Shown: positions 9,959-20,207 of the stretch, piece by piece
How the letters are laid out: each line of letters begins with the position of its first letter
Position numbering within the stretch: the first letter of the stretch is position 1
NCBI GenBank assembly: GCA_036268955.1
Contig: DATATE010000089.1
Location: 1-64,000 of the forward strand
From: Pseudonocardiaceae bacterium
Lineage (GTDB): Bacteria; Actinomycetota; Actinomycetes; Mycobacteriales; Pseudonocardiaceae
Length of the DNA stretch: 64,000 nt
Direction of reading: 5' to 3'
Notes under the pieces: model-generated
Database searches by the model: none
Seen by the model: only the letters and a program-made list of their open reading frames with translations
What the model was told of the DNA's origin: nothing
Translations under genes and position numbers: made by a program

Positions 9959-10095
9959 TCACCGCATACCGATCAGCCCACCCACGACCATGATCGCACG
10001 GGCCACCGACGAAAATCAGCGTCCGATCAGGGACGATGATCGCGCGTTCCGATCACCGAAGGTCAACGACTGCGGGGCGCCGGGCGGCGATCGGG

Positions 10096-10623
10096 TCAGC
10101 TGGGGTTGGTCTGAGTGCGCATCGAGAGCTTGGCGATCAGGTTGCGTGCCTTCTCGGCGTTGCGCGGCTGGCAGAGCACGTCGTAGCGGCCCGCGACGAG
10201 TTGGCTGGCGGACTGGAAGTCCCGGCGACCGCGCGTCGACGCGTAGCCGACCGAGGCGAAGATCAGCCCGAACACGATGCCGGCGGCGAGGCCGACCGCG
10301 ACCGGGGCGATCGCCCCGGACTGGGTGTCGAAGAAGCTCAGCAGCAGGCCGACGAACAAGCCGAACCAGGCCCCGGAGACAGCCCCGGTGCTCAGTACCC
10401 GCCGCCAGCTCAGCCGGCCGGTGACCCGCTCGACGAGCATCAGATCGACGCCGACGATGGTGACCTCCGGCAGCGGGAAGTCGTTCTCGGCAAGGTAGTC
10501 GACGGCGCGCTGCGCCTCTTCGTAGTTGTCATAGGAGCCGACCGGCCAACCGGTCGGCCGGGTCGGCAACCTCGGCACCCCCAGCCGGGGATTCCCGCCG
10601 GAGAACGAGCTGGTCACCGTCAT
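10096..10623 (-). CDS. Hypothetical membrane protein (glycine-zipper/DUF1269-like)
   Basis: The start is at internal ATG (MTVTSS). A central Gly/Ala-rich TM pair GAVSGAWFGLFVGLLLSFF ... VAVGLAAGIVFGLIFASVGY is present. Confidence 0.45.
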   Translation of the reverse strand: MTVTSSFSGGNPRLGVPRLPTRPTGWPVGSYDNYEEAQRAVDYLAENDFPLPEVTIVGVDLMLVERVTGRLSWRRVLSTGAVSGAWFGLFVGLLLSFFDTQSGAIAPVAVGLAAGIVFGLIFASVGYASTRGRRDFQSASQLVAGRYDVLCQPRNAEKARNLIAKLSMRTQTNPS

Positions 10624-10805
10624 CACCTCGTTGTCGACAAAACAATCCGGCACACTTATTTCACACCATCCTGCCAAGTGCCGGCAACCGACGCGAACCG
10701 GACCGGCCATGTGGTGTTCACAGCCGGTCCACCCCGGCGGCCGAGGCCCCGACCACGACCTCGGAACCGGACCATCGGCGACCCCGCCCAGTATCGTTCG
10801 CCGGT

Positions 10806-12194
10806 ATGGAAGCGGACCGCCCCGGATCGGGCTCCAGCCCGGCCAAGCAGGTCTCGATCGGTCTGATCGGGGCCCGGCGGGTCGCGGTGCTCGCCGGGCA
10901 CGCGCTGCGCGACGTGGTGGCAGGCGACCATCCGATACTGCCGCCCTGGCCGACCACTGCCGGCGGCAGATGGAACCGGCGGGCCGTGCTGCTGCTGCTC
11001 GCGGCCGTCGTGATCACCGGGTGGATCCTGGTCACCGCGTTCAGGAACATCGACCTGTGGTCCCCGGTGAGCCTGTTCCTGATGGTCACCGGTGGGCTGG
11101 CGGTGGCATCGATACTCGCCTGCTATCGGCGTCCACTGCTCGGTTTCCGGCTGAGCGTGGTGACCTCGGTGGTTTTCGTCCTGCTGCTCTCGACCCTGTA
11201 CTTTCTCGATTTCGATCTCGGTCCCAGTTGGTTGGGCATCGTGCCGGTCTGGCTGTTGCTGACCACGCTCATCGTGCTGTTCTCCGTCGCCGAGCAGCAC
11301 CGGTTGGCCGAACTGGCCTGGGTATGGGTGCTCAGCGTCGCAGGGCTGACCTTCGGCGGCATCACGACGAGCGTGCACAGCTGGGCACCGCCGTACGACG
11401 ACTCGTTCCTTTCCTATGCCGGGTCGACCATTCTCCCCACCGCCCTGCTCACCGGTGCGGTGGCGCTGGTCGGCTACGTGGTCCAGCTGGCTCGGGTCGC
11501 CAACGAGCAGCGGATCCGCAGAACTCGGGAGGCGGCCAACACCGCGCTGCTACAGGAACGTGGCTACATCGCGCGGGAACTGCACGATGTGGTCGCCCAC
11601 CACATGTCCATGCTCGCGCTGCGGGCCGATTCCGCGCCCTACCGCTTCCCCGACCTCCCCGAGGACGTGCGTACCGAGTTCGCCGCGCTGTGCACGACGG
11701 CGCGAGAGGGCCTCACCGAGATGCGCAGGCTGCTCGGGGTACTGCGGGAGGACAAGACGGTCGAGATGGCGCCACAACCGTCCCTTCGGGAGATCAAGGA
11801 TCTCGTCGACGGGCTGCGGGCGGCCGGCACCCAGGTCAGCCTTTCGATGTTCGTGGTCGCGGAGGAACTGCCGACCGGCATTGGCCTTTCCGCCTACCGG
11901 ATCGTGCAGGAGGCGCTGAGCAACGCCGTCCGGCACTCCCCCGGCAGTGCGGTCCGGGTCGAGGTGTGGACCACGGATGCCGCACTGCACATCGAGGTGG
12001 CCAACACCGCCGGCAACGCGCCGAACCCACCGGGGGCCGAACAGGAGGAGCGACCGGCGAGGCACGGGCTGCTCGGCATGCGGGAGCGGGTGAACATGCT
12101 CGACGGGCAGCTGACCGCCGGACCGGACGAGAACGGCGGATTCACCGTGCTGGCCGTACTTCCGCTGCATGACGGATTGGGCGAGCGGGCATGA
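10806..12194 (+). CDS. Sensor histidine kinase (HisKA_3 / NarL-type partner)
   Basis: N-terminal multi-TM sensor. H-box [14 protein letters not shown] followed by HATPase_c N/G boxes ([21 protein letters not shown]). The stop overlaps the start of the response regulator (ATGA). Confidence 0.8.
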   Translation: MEADRPGSGSSPAKQVSIGLIGARRVAVLAGHALRDVVAGDHPILPPWPTTAGGRWNRRAVLLLLAAVVITGWILVTAFRNIDLWSPVSLFLMVTGGLAVASILACYRRPLLGFRLSVVTSVVFVLLLSTLYFLDFDLGPSWLGIVPVWLLLTTLIVLFSVAEQHRLAELAWVWVLSVAGLTFGGITTSVHSWAPPYDDSFLSYAGSTILPTALLTGAVALVGYVVQLARVANEQRIRRTREAANTALLQERGYIARELHDVVAHHMSMLALRADSAPYRFPDLPEDVRTEFAALCTTAREGLTEMRRLLGVLREDKTVEMAPQPSLREIKDLVDGLRAAGTQVSLSMFVVAEELPTGIGLSAYRIVQEALSNAVRHSPGSAVRVEVWTTDAALHIEVANTAGNAPNPPGAEQEERPARHGLLGMRERVNMLDGQLTAGPDENGGFTVLAVLPLHDGLGERA

Positions 12195-12856
12195 CGACCA
12201 GCGTGTTGATCGTAGACGACCAGACCATGGTGCGGGAGAGTTTTCGCGCGGTGCTGACCGCCCAGCCGGACATGGTGGTCGTCGGTGAGGCGGGCGACGG
12301 CGCGCAGGCCGTGCTGGCCGCCCGCGAACTGTGCCCCGACGTGATCCTGATGGATGTGCGGATGCCGGTGCTGGACGGGTTGGCGGCAACGGAGAAGCTG
12401 CTCGCCGACAGTCCCGGGGCCGAGGGGCCACGGGTGCTGATGCTGACCACCTTCGACATCGACGACTATGTCTATCGCGCGTTGCGTTGCGGGGCAAGCG
12501 GTTTCCTGCTCAAGGACGCGCCACTGGCCGATCTGGTCAACGCGGTCCGGGTGGTCGCCTCGGGCAACGCGTTGTTCGCGCCGTCGGTGACCCGGCGCCT
12601 CGTCGCCGAGTTCAGCCGGCACAATCCCGGCCGGCCCGCCCAACCGGAGCTGGCCGGGCTGACCGCCCGCGAGCGTGAGGTGCTCCGGTTGGTGGCCAAG
12701 GGTCTTTCCAACACCGAGATCGCGGCGACGTTGAGCATCGTCGAGCAGACCGCGAAGACCCATGTCAGCCGGGTGTTCGGCAAGCTCGGCCTGCGGGACC
12801 GGGCGCAGGCCGTTGTGCTCGCCTACGAAGCGGGACTTGTCGTCCCCGGCGAGTGA
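12191..12856 (+). CDS. LuxR/NarL-family response regulator
   Basis: REC domain ([11 protein letters not shown] ... [12 protein letters not shown]) plus a C-terminal LuxR HTH ([45 protein letters not shown]). Confidence 0.85.
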   Translation: MTTSVLIVDDQTMVRESFRAVLTAQPDMVVVGEAGDGAQAVLAARELCPDVILMDVRMPVLDGLAATEKLLADSPGAEGPRVLMLTTFDIDDYVYRALRCGASGFLLKDAPLADLVNAVRVVASGNALFAPSVTRRLVAEFSRHNPGRPAQPELAGLTAREREVLRLVAKGLSNTEIAATLSIVEQTAKTHVSRVFGKLGLRDRAQAVVLAYEAGLVVPGE

Positions 12857-12969
12857 TACCCCGGTAGTACGGCGCGGGGCAGCTGCTACCGGCGTCGCGG
12901 TTGAAGACAGCTCCCCAGCACGACGATCTTCGTCGGAAAAATTCCTAACGTCCTAGTTACTTCGCCGGT

Positions 12970-14313
12970 GTGTCGGCCGGCTGCCGGAGTGACGGGGGAC
13001 GCGCGGTGTCGACTATCCACAGTGGTCTAAAGACTCGTGGGCCGGAGAAGAATCGGCTGGCACGCCTTGTGGTCGCCGGGTTGTCGGTGCTGCTGGCCGG
13101 CGTCGCGGTCACCGCCTGGCGGCTCGGTGCGCCGCTCGGGGTGGACAGCGGGGTGTACCGGGCGGGCGCGCTGGCCGTGCTGCACGGCGATCCGCTCTAC
13201 GGCTCGCTACGGTTCCTGCCGCACTGGTCAGGTGGCCTTCCGTTCACCTATCCCCCGGTCGCCGCCGTGGTCTTCCTGCCGCTGGCCGCACTGCCGGCGC
13301 AACTGGGCTGGGGCCTGCTCGCGGTCGCGTCCGTACTGGGTCTCGCTGTGGCACTGCGCACCAGCCTGAAGGGGTCGGGTATCGGTTCGCGGACCTGGCT
13401 GCTGCCGGTGGCCGGCATCGGAGCGCTGGTGCTGGAGCCGGTCTGGCGCGGCCTCGGGCTCGGCCAGGTGAACGTGGCACTGATGGCCCTCGTCATCCTG
13501 GATGTGCTGGTACTGAAGCGTTCCCGGCGCGGCGGCATCCTGGTCGGTCTCGCCGCGGCGATCAAACTGACCCCGCTGATCTTCGTCCTGCACCTGCTGG
13601 TGACCGGTCGGCGCGCGGATGCCGCGCGGGCGCTCGGCACGTTCGCCGGGCTCAATGTGGTCTGCGCCATGCTGATGCCGGCCGACACTCTCCGCTACTG
13701 GCGGGCCCAACTGCTCGGCGGGGACGGCGCGACCAGCTCCTCCTGGGCCGGCAACCAGTCGCTCAACGGGATGATCCAGCGCTTCACCGACCATGCGAGC
13801 TGGGCCTTCGCCCTGTCGATCGTGGCGGGCCTGCTGTGCCTGGCCCTCGCCCTGCCGATGGCCCGCACGCTCTACCGGCGCGGCGAACACCTTGGCGCAC
13901 TGCTGGTCTCGGCGTTCTGCGGACTGCTGATCAGCCCGATCTCCTGGACGCATCACTGGGTGTGGGTGGTCCCGCTGTTCGGCCTGCTCGCCACCCGCGC
14001 ACTGCGCGCCCCCTCGGTGTCGACCCTCGCGCCGCTGATCGGCCTCGTCGCGATCTTCACCGGGTTCACCGTGCCGATGATGCCGGCAGGCGGTGACCTC
14101 GAACTGCGCTGGACGCCGATCCAGATGGTGCTGGGCAACGCCTACGTGCTGGCCGCGCTGGTGGCGGGCGGCATCCTGGCCGGCCGGCTCCTCCGTTCCC
14201 GGACAACGGTTTCGGTCACCACTGTCCGGGAACGGCGGTCCGCGCCGGCATTCGGCGCGGACCCCGTTGCAGCGGCCCTGGTGCCGATCAACCGCGTGAG
14301 CGGTACTCCTTGA
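12970..14313 (+). CDS. GT87/DUF2029-family polyprenol-phosphate-mannose-dependent membrane glycosyltransferase-like protein
   Basis: 447-aa polytopic protein. The conserved AAIKLTPLIFVLHLL segment and overall topology match PimE/MptA-like DUF2029 mannosyltransferases. Specificity is unknown. Confidence 0.65.
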   Translation: MSAGCRSDGGRAVSTIHSGLKTRGPEKNRLARLVVAGLSVLLAGVAVTAWRLGAPLGVDSGVYRAGALAVLHGDPLYGSLRFLPHWSGGLPFTYPPVAAVVFLPLAALPAQLGWGLLAVASVLGLAVALRTSLKGSGIGSRTWLLPVAGIGALVLEPVWRGLGLGQVNVALMALVILDVLVLKRSRRGGILVGLAAAIKLTPLIFVLHLLVTGRRADAARALGTFAGLNVVCAMLMPADTLRYWRAQLLGGDGATSSSWAGNQSLNGMIQRFTDHASWAFALSIVAGLLCLALALPMARTLYRRGEHLGALLVSAFCGLLISPISWTHHWVWVVPLFGLLATRALRAPSVSTLAPLIGLVAIFTGFTVPMMPAGGDLELRWTPIQMVLGNAYVLAALVAGGILAGRLLRSRTTVSVTTVRERRSAPAFGADPVAAALVPINRVSGTP

Positions 14314-15484
14314 GCAGGCCCCTGCTGATGATGGTCTTCTGGATCTCGCTGGTGCCCTCGCCGATCAGCAGGAACGGCGCCTCGCGCATCAACCGCTCGA
14401 TCTCGTATTCCTTGGAATAGCCGTAACCGCCGTGGATGCGGAAGGACTCCTGGGTCACCTCGGCGCAGTACTCGCTCGCGATCAGCTTGGCCATCCCGGC
14501 TTCCACGTCGTTGCGCTCACCGGAGTCCTTCAGCCGCGCGGCATTGACCATCATCAGGTGCGCGGCCTCGACCTTGGTGGCCATCTCCGCGAGTTTGAAC
14601 GCGATCGCCTGGTGTTCGGCGATGGGCTTGCCGAACGTCCTGCGCTGCTGGGCGTACTCGACGGCAAGCTCGAAGGCGCGAATGGAGATGCCGCAGGCGC
14701 GGGCGGCCACGTTCACCCTGCCGACCTCGACGCCGTCCATCATGAACGCGAAACCCTTACCGGGCGCGGCACCCAGCACCCGGTCGGCGCCGATCCGGTA
14801 GCCGTCGAACACCGCTTCCGTCGTGTCGACGCCCTTGTAGCCCATCTTGTCGATCTTGCCGGGAATCGTCAGACCCGGTGCCACCTCACCGAAACCGGCC
14901 GGCTTCTCGACCAGGAACGCGGTGAGGTTCTGGTAGGGCTTCTCGGCGCCCTCGTCGGTTTTCGCCAACAACGCGATCAGCGTGGAGCTGCCGCCGTTGG
15001 TCAGCCACATCTTCGCGCCGTCGACGACGTAGTCGTCGCCGTCCCTGCGCGCCTTGGTCTTGATCGCCGCGACATCCGAACCGAGGTCGGGCTCGGACAT
15101 CGAGAAGGCCCCGCGAATCTCACCGGTGGCCATCTTCGGCAGGAAGTACTCCCGCTGTTCCTTCGTGCCGTGCCGGGCGATCATGTGCGCCACGATGAAA
15201 TGCGTGTTGATCACGCCGGAGACGCTCATCCAACCCCTGGCGATCTGCTCGACCACCAGCGCATAGGTCAGCAGCGACTCACCGAGCCCGCCGTACTCCT
15301 CCGGAATCGTCAGGCCGAAGAGGCCCATCTCCTTCATGCCCTCGACGATGTCCGCCGGGTACTCGTCGGCGTGTTCGAGTGCCTGGGCGTTCGGGATGAT
15401 CTCCTTGTCCACGAAATCGCGGACCGTGCTGAGGATCTCCCGCTGGATGTCGGTCAGTCCGGCGGTCTGGGCGAGGCGGGCCAT
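14288..15484 (-). CDS. Acyl-CoA dehydrogenase
   Basis: ACAD N-terminal, middle and C-terminal signatures (GLFGLTIPEEYGGLG, MSEPDLGSDVAAIKT, QIHGGYGYSKEYEIERLMREAP). The start is chosen at MARLAQTAGLTDIQ. Confidence 0.85.
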   Translation of the reverse strand: MARLAQTAGLTDIQREILSTVRDFVDKEIIPNAQALEHADEYPADIVEGMKEMGLFGLTIPEEYGGLGESLLTYALVVEQIARGWMSVSGVINTHFIVAHMIARHGTKEQREYFLPKMATGEIRGAFSMSEPDLGSDVAAIKTKARRDGDDYVVDGAKMWLTNGGSSTLIALLAKTDEGAEKPYQNLTAFLVEKPAGFGEVAPGLTIPGKIDKMGYKGVDTTEAVFDGYRIGADRVLGAAPGKGFAFMMDGVEVGRVNVAARACGISIRAFELAVEYAQQRRTFGKPIAEHQAIAFKLAEMATKVEAAHLMMVNAARLKDSGERNDVEAGMAKLIASEYCAEVTQESFRIHGGYGYSKEYEIERLMREAPFLLIGEGTSEIQKTIISRGLLKEYRSRG

Positions 15485-15664
15485 CACGGAATCCTTTCCG
15501 ACCCCGGCAGGGGTCCGTACCGGGCCGGTCCCCTTCGTCACGGAGGCGAGTCGGCAAAGTTACCGATGAGTATTGCAGTACTCGCCTGAGTTAACGACCG
15601 TTCGCGCTATGAGGGACCTCACGTGGAATGGCAGGCCCGGCCACCAGTTGGCGGCCAGGGGAGG

Positions 15665-15847
15665 TCAACTCGCCTGTAGTTCGAGGACCTGGCCGCAGCC
15701 GCGGCAGTCGATCGCCAGCACGTAGACATCTTCACCGCAACGAACACAGGCGCGGAAGCTCCGCTCGAACAGGTTGTCCCGCTCCTTGCGGCGACCGAAA
15801 ATGGACCGGGGTCTCCGGGTCTCCTCACGCTCTCGATGCTTGCTCAT
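15665..15847 (-). CDS. Small zinc-ribbon protein (hypothetical)
   Basis: 60-aa protein with CVRCGEDVYVLAIDCRGCGQ (two CxxC pairs) after a basic N-terminus. Confidence 0.4.
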   Translation of the reverse strand: MSKHREREETRRPRSIFGRRKERDNLFERSFRACVRCGEDVYVLAIDCRGCGQVLELQAS

Positions 15848-16001
15848 GCCCCCAGCATCACCCGATCGGGGCAAGGTCAAGCAAGTTCAAGCCGTTATCT
15901 GTGCGTTATGTCATAGCAACCTTAGACGCTGGGTAGCCACTTACATTCGAACTGCTGATGATGGCGAGCACCTGTCCTGTCCTTCGGCAACAGGGGTATC
16001 C

Positions 16002-16199
16002 ATGAGCAGTCGGCGCAGTCTTCAAGATTCACTTTTCGCCGCGAAGCAGCGCAATTCCTGGGACGACGGTGTCCGCGAGATCAATCCCGGTTCCCGACAT
16101 ACCGTACTTGTCGCGGTACTACTCGGCATGCTCGCCACCGGCCTGACCATGTGGCTGCTGTTCACGTCCATGCTCAACCTGCTCGGCGCCCTCATCTGA
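16002..16199 (+). CDS. Possible small single-TM protein (weak call)
   Basis: 65-aa ORF (MSSRRSLQD ... LVAVLLGMLATGLTMWLLFTSMLNLLGALI). It overlaps the antisense 3' tail of the SPFH gene, so it may be spurious. Confidence 0.2.
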   Translation: MSSRRSLQDSLFAAKQRNSWDDGVREINPGSRHTVLVAVLLGMLATGLTMWLLFTSMLNLLGALI

Positions 16200-17381
16200 G
16201 CCGGTGGACGAGGTGCTGTCGCCGTTCGTCCCGTTGGTTCCGTTCGCCCCGTTGATCGCATTGATCCCGTTCACCGCCGTGGTCAACAGCGACTGAACCG
16301 GGTTCGGCTGCGGGATGGCCGCGCTCGGGTCCGCCGCGGTGACGTTCGGCTGAGCCGGTGCGGTGTTCGGCTGGGCCACCGCCGTGTTCGGCTGGGTCAC
16401 CGCGGTGTTCGGCTGGGCCACCGCCGTGTTCGGCTGGGTCACCGCGGTGTTCGGCTGGGTCACTGCCGTGTTCGGCTGGGTCACCGCCGTGTTCGGCTGG
16501 GTCACCGCCGTGTTCGGCTGGGTCACCGCCGTGTTCGGCTGGGTCACCGCCGTGTTCGGCTGGGTCACTGCCTGCTGCGCGGAGTTCCTCGGTGCCTGTT
16601 CGAGAAACCGCAGCAGCTCGACCGGGAACGGCAGCACCAACGTGGAATTCTTCTCGGCGGCGACCTCGACGACGGTCTCCAGCAACCGCAACTGCAACGC
16701 GGCGGGCGTATCCGCCATCTGCGCGGCAGCCTGGGAAAGCTTGTAGGAAGCCTGAAGTTCACCGTCCGCCGAGATGACCCGCGCCCGGCGTTCCCGCTCC
16801 GCTTCGGCCTGCCGGGACATGGAACGCTTCATGGTTTCCGGCAGCGCGACATCCTTGATCTCCACCCGATCGATGTGCACGCCCCATTCAAGAGCCGGCG
16901 AGTCGATCATCAGTTCGAGCCCCTGGTTGAGGCGTTCCCGGTTGGAGAGCAGATCATCCAGCTCACTCTTGCCGATGATCGACCGCAGCGAGGTCTGCGC
17001 GACCTGAGCGACCGCGAACCGGTAATCCTGAACCGTGACAACGGCGCGCGTCGGGTCGATCACGTTGAAATAGACCACCGCGTCCACCCGGACCGTCACG
17101 TTGTCCCTGGTAATACCTTCCTGCGCGGGCACCGGCATCGTGATGATCTGCATGTTGACCTTCCGCATCCGGTCGACGACCGGCACGATGCAGACCAGCC
17201 CAGGGCTGCGCGGCTCACTGACCACCCGCCCGAACCGGAAAACCAGACCCCGCTCGTACTGCTTGACCACCCGGACGCCGGACGCGACACACACGGCGCC
17301 AAAGGAGAACAGCCCGATCAACGCATCGATAAAAGGCATCATCGCCAGCTCCAGGATCGAAAACCCGGCCCCTGAGAACAT
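16119..17381 (-). CDS. SPFH/band-7 (stomatin/slipin-like) protein with a C-terminal heptapeptide-repeat tail
   Basis: An N-terminal TM helix plus an SPFH core (RVVKQYERGLVFRFGRV ... VDAVVYFNVIDP ... ALPETMKRSMSRQAEAERERRARV). The C-terminal tail consists of about 11 copies of TAVTQPN followed by an N/G/T-rich end. Confidence 0.75.
   Translation of the reverse strand: MFSGAGFSILELAMMPFIDALIGLFSFGAVCVASGVRVVKQYERGLVFRFGRVVSEPRSPGLVCIVPVVDRMRKVNMQIITMPVPAQEGITRDNVTVRVDAVVYFNVIDPTRAVVTVQDYRFAVAQVAQTSLRSIIGKSELDDLLSNRERLNQGLELMIDSPALEWGVHIDRVEIKDVALPETMKRSMSRQAEAERERRARVISADGELQASYKLSQAAAQMADTPAALQLRLLETVVEVAAEKNSTLVLPFPVELLRFLEQAPRNSAQQAVTQPNTAVTQPNTAVTQPNTAVTQPNTAVTQPNTAVTQPNTAVTQPNTAVAQPNTAVTQPNTAVAQPNTAPAQPNVTAADPSAAIPQPNPVQSLLTTAVNGINAINGANGTNGTNGDSTSSTGSDEGAEQVEHGREQQPHGQAGGEHAE
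16340..16565. repeat. 21-bp tandem repeat (about 11 copies) inside the SPFH gene 3' region
   Basis: The unit cggtgttcggctgggtcaccg(c/t) repeats head-to-tail with one or two substitutions. It is in-frame (21 = 7 codons). Confidence 0.9.
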
Positions 17382-17592
17382 CGATGTTACGCCCGGTGGC
17401 GAGCCCCTTCGAGCAGCAAGAACCAGTCGTCAAGGTTCGGGAAAGCTGACTGGCCCAGAAGATGGCCTCGCAATCGGTCCGCCGCCACCTGAGCCGAATC
17501 CGATCGTTTTCCGGTAGCAGGACAAAATCTCCGAAGAACAGTGTTGCCTGGCGAACCGCCCACGCTACGGCCGAGCGGCGGGCGAGACCTGA

Positions 17593-18552
17593 TCACTCCT
17601 CGGGGGCGCTCCAGCGGTCGGCGCGGGTCATGCCGGCGGCGCGGCCCTTGCCGGCGATCACCAGGGCCATTTTGCGGGAGGCCTCGTCGATCATCTCGTC
17701 GCCGAGCATGGCCGAGCCCTTCTTGCCGCCGGCTTCGGAGGTGAAGTAGCCGTAGGCGTCGAGGATGTTCTCGGCGTGGTCGTAGTCCTCCTGGCGCGGG
17801 CTGAACATCTCGTTGCAGGCCTCGACCTGGCCGGGGTTGAGCACCCATTTGCCGTCGTAGCCGAGCGCGGCGGCGCGGCCCGCGACGCGGCGGAAGCCTT
17901 CGACGTCGCGGATCTGCAGGTACGGGCCGTCGATGGCCTGTTTGTCGTAGGCGCGGGCGGCCATCAGGATGCGCATCAGGATGTAGTGATAGGCGTCACC
18001 GACCTCGTAGCCGGGCGGCTGCTCGCCGACGACCAGTGAGCGCATGTTGATGCTGGCCATGAAGTCGGCAGGGCCGAAGATGATGGTTTCCACTCGCGGC
18101 GAGGCCTGTGCGATCGCGTCGACGTTGATCAGGCCGATCGCGTTCTCGATCTGCGCCTCGATGCCGATCCGGCCGACCTCGTAGCCCATGGTCTTCTCGA
18201 TCTGGGTGAGCAGCAGGTCCAAGGCGTGCACCTGCTCGGGGGTCTGCACCTTCGGCAGCATGATGCAGTCCAGGTTCGCGCCCGCGCCCTCGACGACCTC
18301 GGTGACGTCGCGGTAGGTCCACTCGGTGGTCCAGTCGTTGACCCGCACCACCCTGATCCGGTTCCCCCAGTCGCCCTCGTTGAGCGCCGCGACGATGTTC
18401 TTGCGCGCACCGGGCTTGGCCAGCGGCGCGCAGGCGTCTTCGAGGTCGAGGAAGACCTGGTCGACGGGCTGGGTCTTGGCCTTCTCCAGGAAGCGCGGGT
18501 TGCTGCCGGGCACGGCGAGACAGGAACGGCGCGGACGAAGGCGATCGACCAT
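17593..18552 (-). CDS. HpcH/HpaI aldolase-citrate lyase beta-subunit family (CitE-like CoA-ester lyase)
   Basis: LAVPGSNPRFLEKA ... DQVFLDLEDA ... ETIIFGPADF matches the CitE/malyl-CoA lyase family over the full 319 aa. Confidence 0.8.
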   Translation of the reverse strand: MVDRLRPRRSCLAVPGSNPRFLEKAKTQPVDQVFLDLEDACAPLAKPGARKNIVAALNEGDWGNRIRVVRVNDWTTEWTYRDVTEVVEGAGANLDCIMLPKVQTPEQVHALDLLLTQIEKTMGYEVGRIGIEAQIENAIGLINVDAIAQASPRVETIIFGPADFMASINMRSLVVGEQPPGYEVGDAYHYILMRILMAARAYDKQAIDGPYLQIRDVEGFRRVAGRAAALGYDGKWVLNPGQVEACNEMFSPRQEDYDHAENILDAYGYFTSEAGGKKGSAMLGDEMIDEASRKMALVIAGKGRAAGMTRADRWSAPEE

Positions 18553-18893
18553 GAGGGGCCTCCCGAACTACTAGGTTTACCGACGGGTAACCAATTTTCG
18601 CGATCGTGACACGTCCCCAGCCGGACCGCCATTCGCTTGAGTCTTCTTTCACATTCGACTGACACGGTCAAGAACGATGCCCGAGGTCACCGGCGGGGCG
18701 CCGCGCCGAGGGCGCTCCAGCCGGACGCAAGATGTCCGAATTGGACAGTGAGCGCCGGGGCCGGGTGGCGATCATGGATTTCCGGAAGCGGCTGATTTCC
18801 GGCGGGTGAGAAGCAGCTGAACATCCGCCTACCCGCGGCTACCGCGCTCGGGTCGATTTCCGGAGTGGCCAGCCGACTACTAGCCTGAGCGAC

Positions 18894-20207
18894 ATGGCCG
18901 CCGTGAACAGGGTATTCGCTGCCCAACTGAGCGGACTGCCGGTGTTCGGGCCAGATGGTGAGTCGATCGGCAAGGTCCGCGACATCGTAGTCATGCTGCG
19001 CATCGGCCGGCAGCCTCCGAGGGTGCTCGGGCTGGTGGTCGAACTGGTCACCCGACGGCGGATCTTCGTGCCGATGCTGCGGGTGAACTCGATCGAGCCC
19101 AACGCGATCACGCTGTCCACCGGATCGGTCAGCCTTCGCCGCTTTCTGCAGCGGACCAACGAGGTTCTCGTCGTCGGGCAGCTGCTGGACGCTCGCGTGA
19201 CGATCGTCGGCTCCGGCAAGTCCGCGACCGTGATCGACGCGGGCATGGAACGCGGCCGCACCAGGGACTGGCTGTTCACCAGGCTGGCCGTGCGGGAGCG
19301 CACCGGCCGGCTGGCCCGGCGCAGCTCGGTGCAGGTCCTGCCCTGGGAGGACGTGAGCGGCCTCGGCATCACCGAACTGGAGGCCCAGCCGCAGGGCGCC
19401 CAGCAGCTGATCGCGGTCTACGACTCGATGCGCGCCGCCGACGTGGCCGCCGCCATGCTGGACCTGCCGGTCAAGCGCCGCTACGAGGTCGCGGACGCGC
19501 TGGACGACGAGCGACTGGCCGACGTCATCGAGGAACTGCCCGACGACGACCAGAAGGACATCCTGTCGCACCTCGACGAGGACAGGGCCGCGGACATCCT
19601 GGAGGCGATGAACCCGGACGACGCCGCCGACCTGCTCGCCGAACTGCCGGAACGGGAGAAGGACCGGCTGCTGGCGCTGATGGAGCCCGCGGAGTCCGCG
19701 CCGGTCAAGCGGCTGCTGCAGTACTCCTTCGACACCGCGGGCGGGTTGATGAACCCGGAGGCGGTCGTGCTCGCCCCGGACGCCACCATCGCCGAGGCGC
19801 TGGCGCGGGTCCGCAACGGCGACCTGACCCCGGCGCTGGCCAGCATGGTCTTCGTCTGCCGCCCGCCATCGGCCACCCCGACCGGCCGCTATCTCGGCTG
19901 CGTGCACACCCAGCGGCTGCTGCGCGAACCGCCGTCGGACCTGGTCGCCGGGGCACTGGACGCCGACCTGGCCCGGTTGGCACCCACCGATCCGCTGACC
20001 GACGTGACCCGCTACTTCGCCGCCTACAACCTGGTCTGCGCACCGGTGGTGGACGATCAGGAACACCTGCTCGGCGCGGTCACCGTAGATGACGTGCTCG
20101 ACCACCTGCTGCCGGTGAACTGGCGGGAGACGGGCCTGCACGAAACGCACAACAACCAGCACTCACTGCCAGTCGGCACGAGCGATCAGGAGCCGAACCA
20201 TGCCTGA
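18894..20207 (+). CDS. MgtE N-terminal domain plus CBS-pair protein (no transmembrane channel domain)
   Basis: N-terminal PRC-barrel-like segment. An acidic MgtE_N helical region (DALDDERLADVIEELPDDDQKDILSHLDEDRAADILEAMNPDDAADLLAELPEREKD) is followed by two CBS motifs. Confidence 0.7.
   Translation: MAAVNRVFAAQLSGLPVFGPDGESIGKVRDIVVMLRIGRQPPRVLGLVVELVTRRRIFVPMLRVNSIEPNAITLSTGSVSLRRFLQRTNEVLVVGQLLDARVTIVGSGKSATVIDAGMERGRTRDWLFTRLAVRERTGRLARRSSVQVLPWEDVSGLGITELEAQPQGAQQLIAVYDSMRAADVAAAMLDLPVKRRYEVADALDDERLADVIEELPDDDQKDILSHLDEDRAADILEAMNPDDAADLLAELPEREKDRLLALMEPAESAPVKRLLQYSFDTAGGLMNPEAVVLAPDATIAEALARVRNGDLTPALASMVFVCRPPSATPTGRYLGCVHTQRLLREPPSDLVAGALDADLARLAPTDPLTDVTRYFAAYNLVCAPVVDDQEHLLGAVTVDDVLDHLLPVNWRETGLHETHNNQHSLPVGTSDQEPNHA

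Noticed and set aside
16340-16565. CRISPR array
   Set aside because: The 21-bp, 36-bp and other repeats are head-to-tail tandem repeats with no unique spacers, and they lie inside coding sequences. No cas genes are present. The Cas4-like nuclease at 3030..3836 is a solitary PD-(D/E)XK protein.
18553-18893. M-box (Mg2+) riboswitch upstream of the MgtE-N/CBS gene
   Set aside because: No GGUGAGG/CCGUUAGGUGAGG-like core or other M-box conserved segments could be found by eye. Only two ACTACTAG motifs are present.
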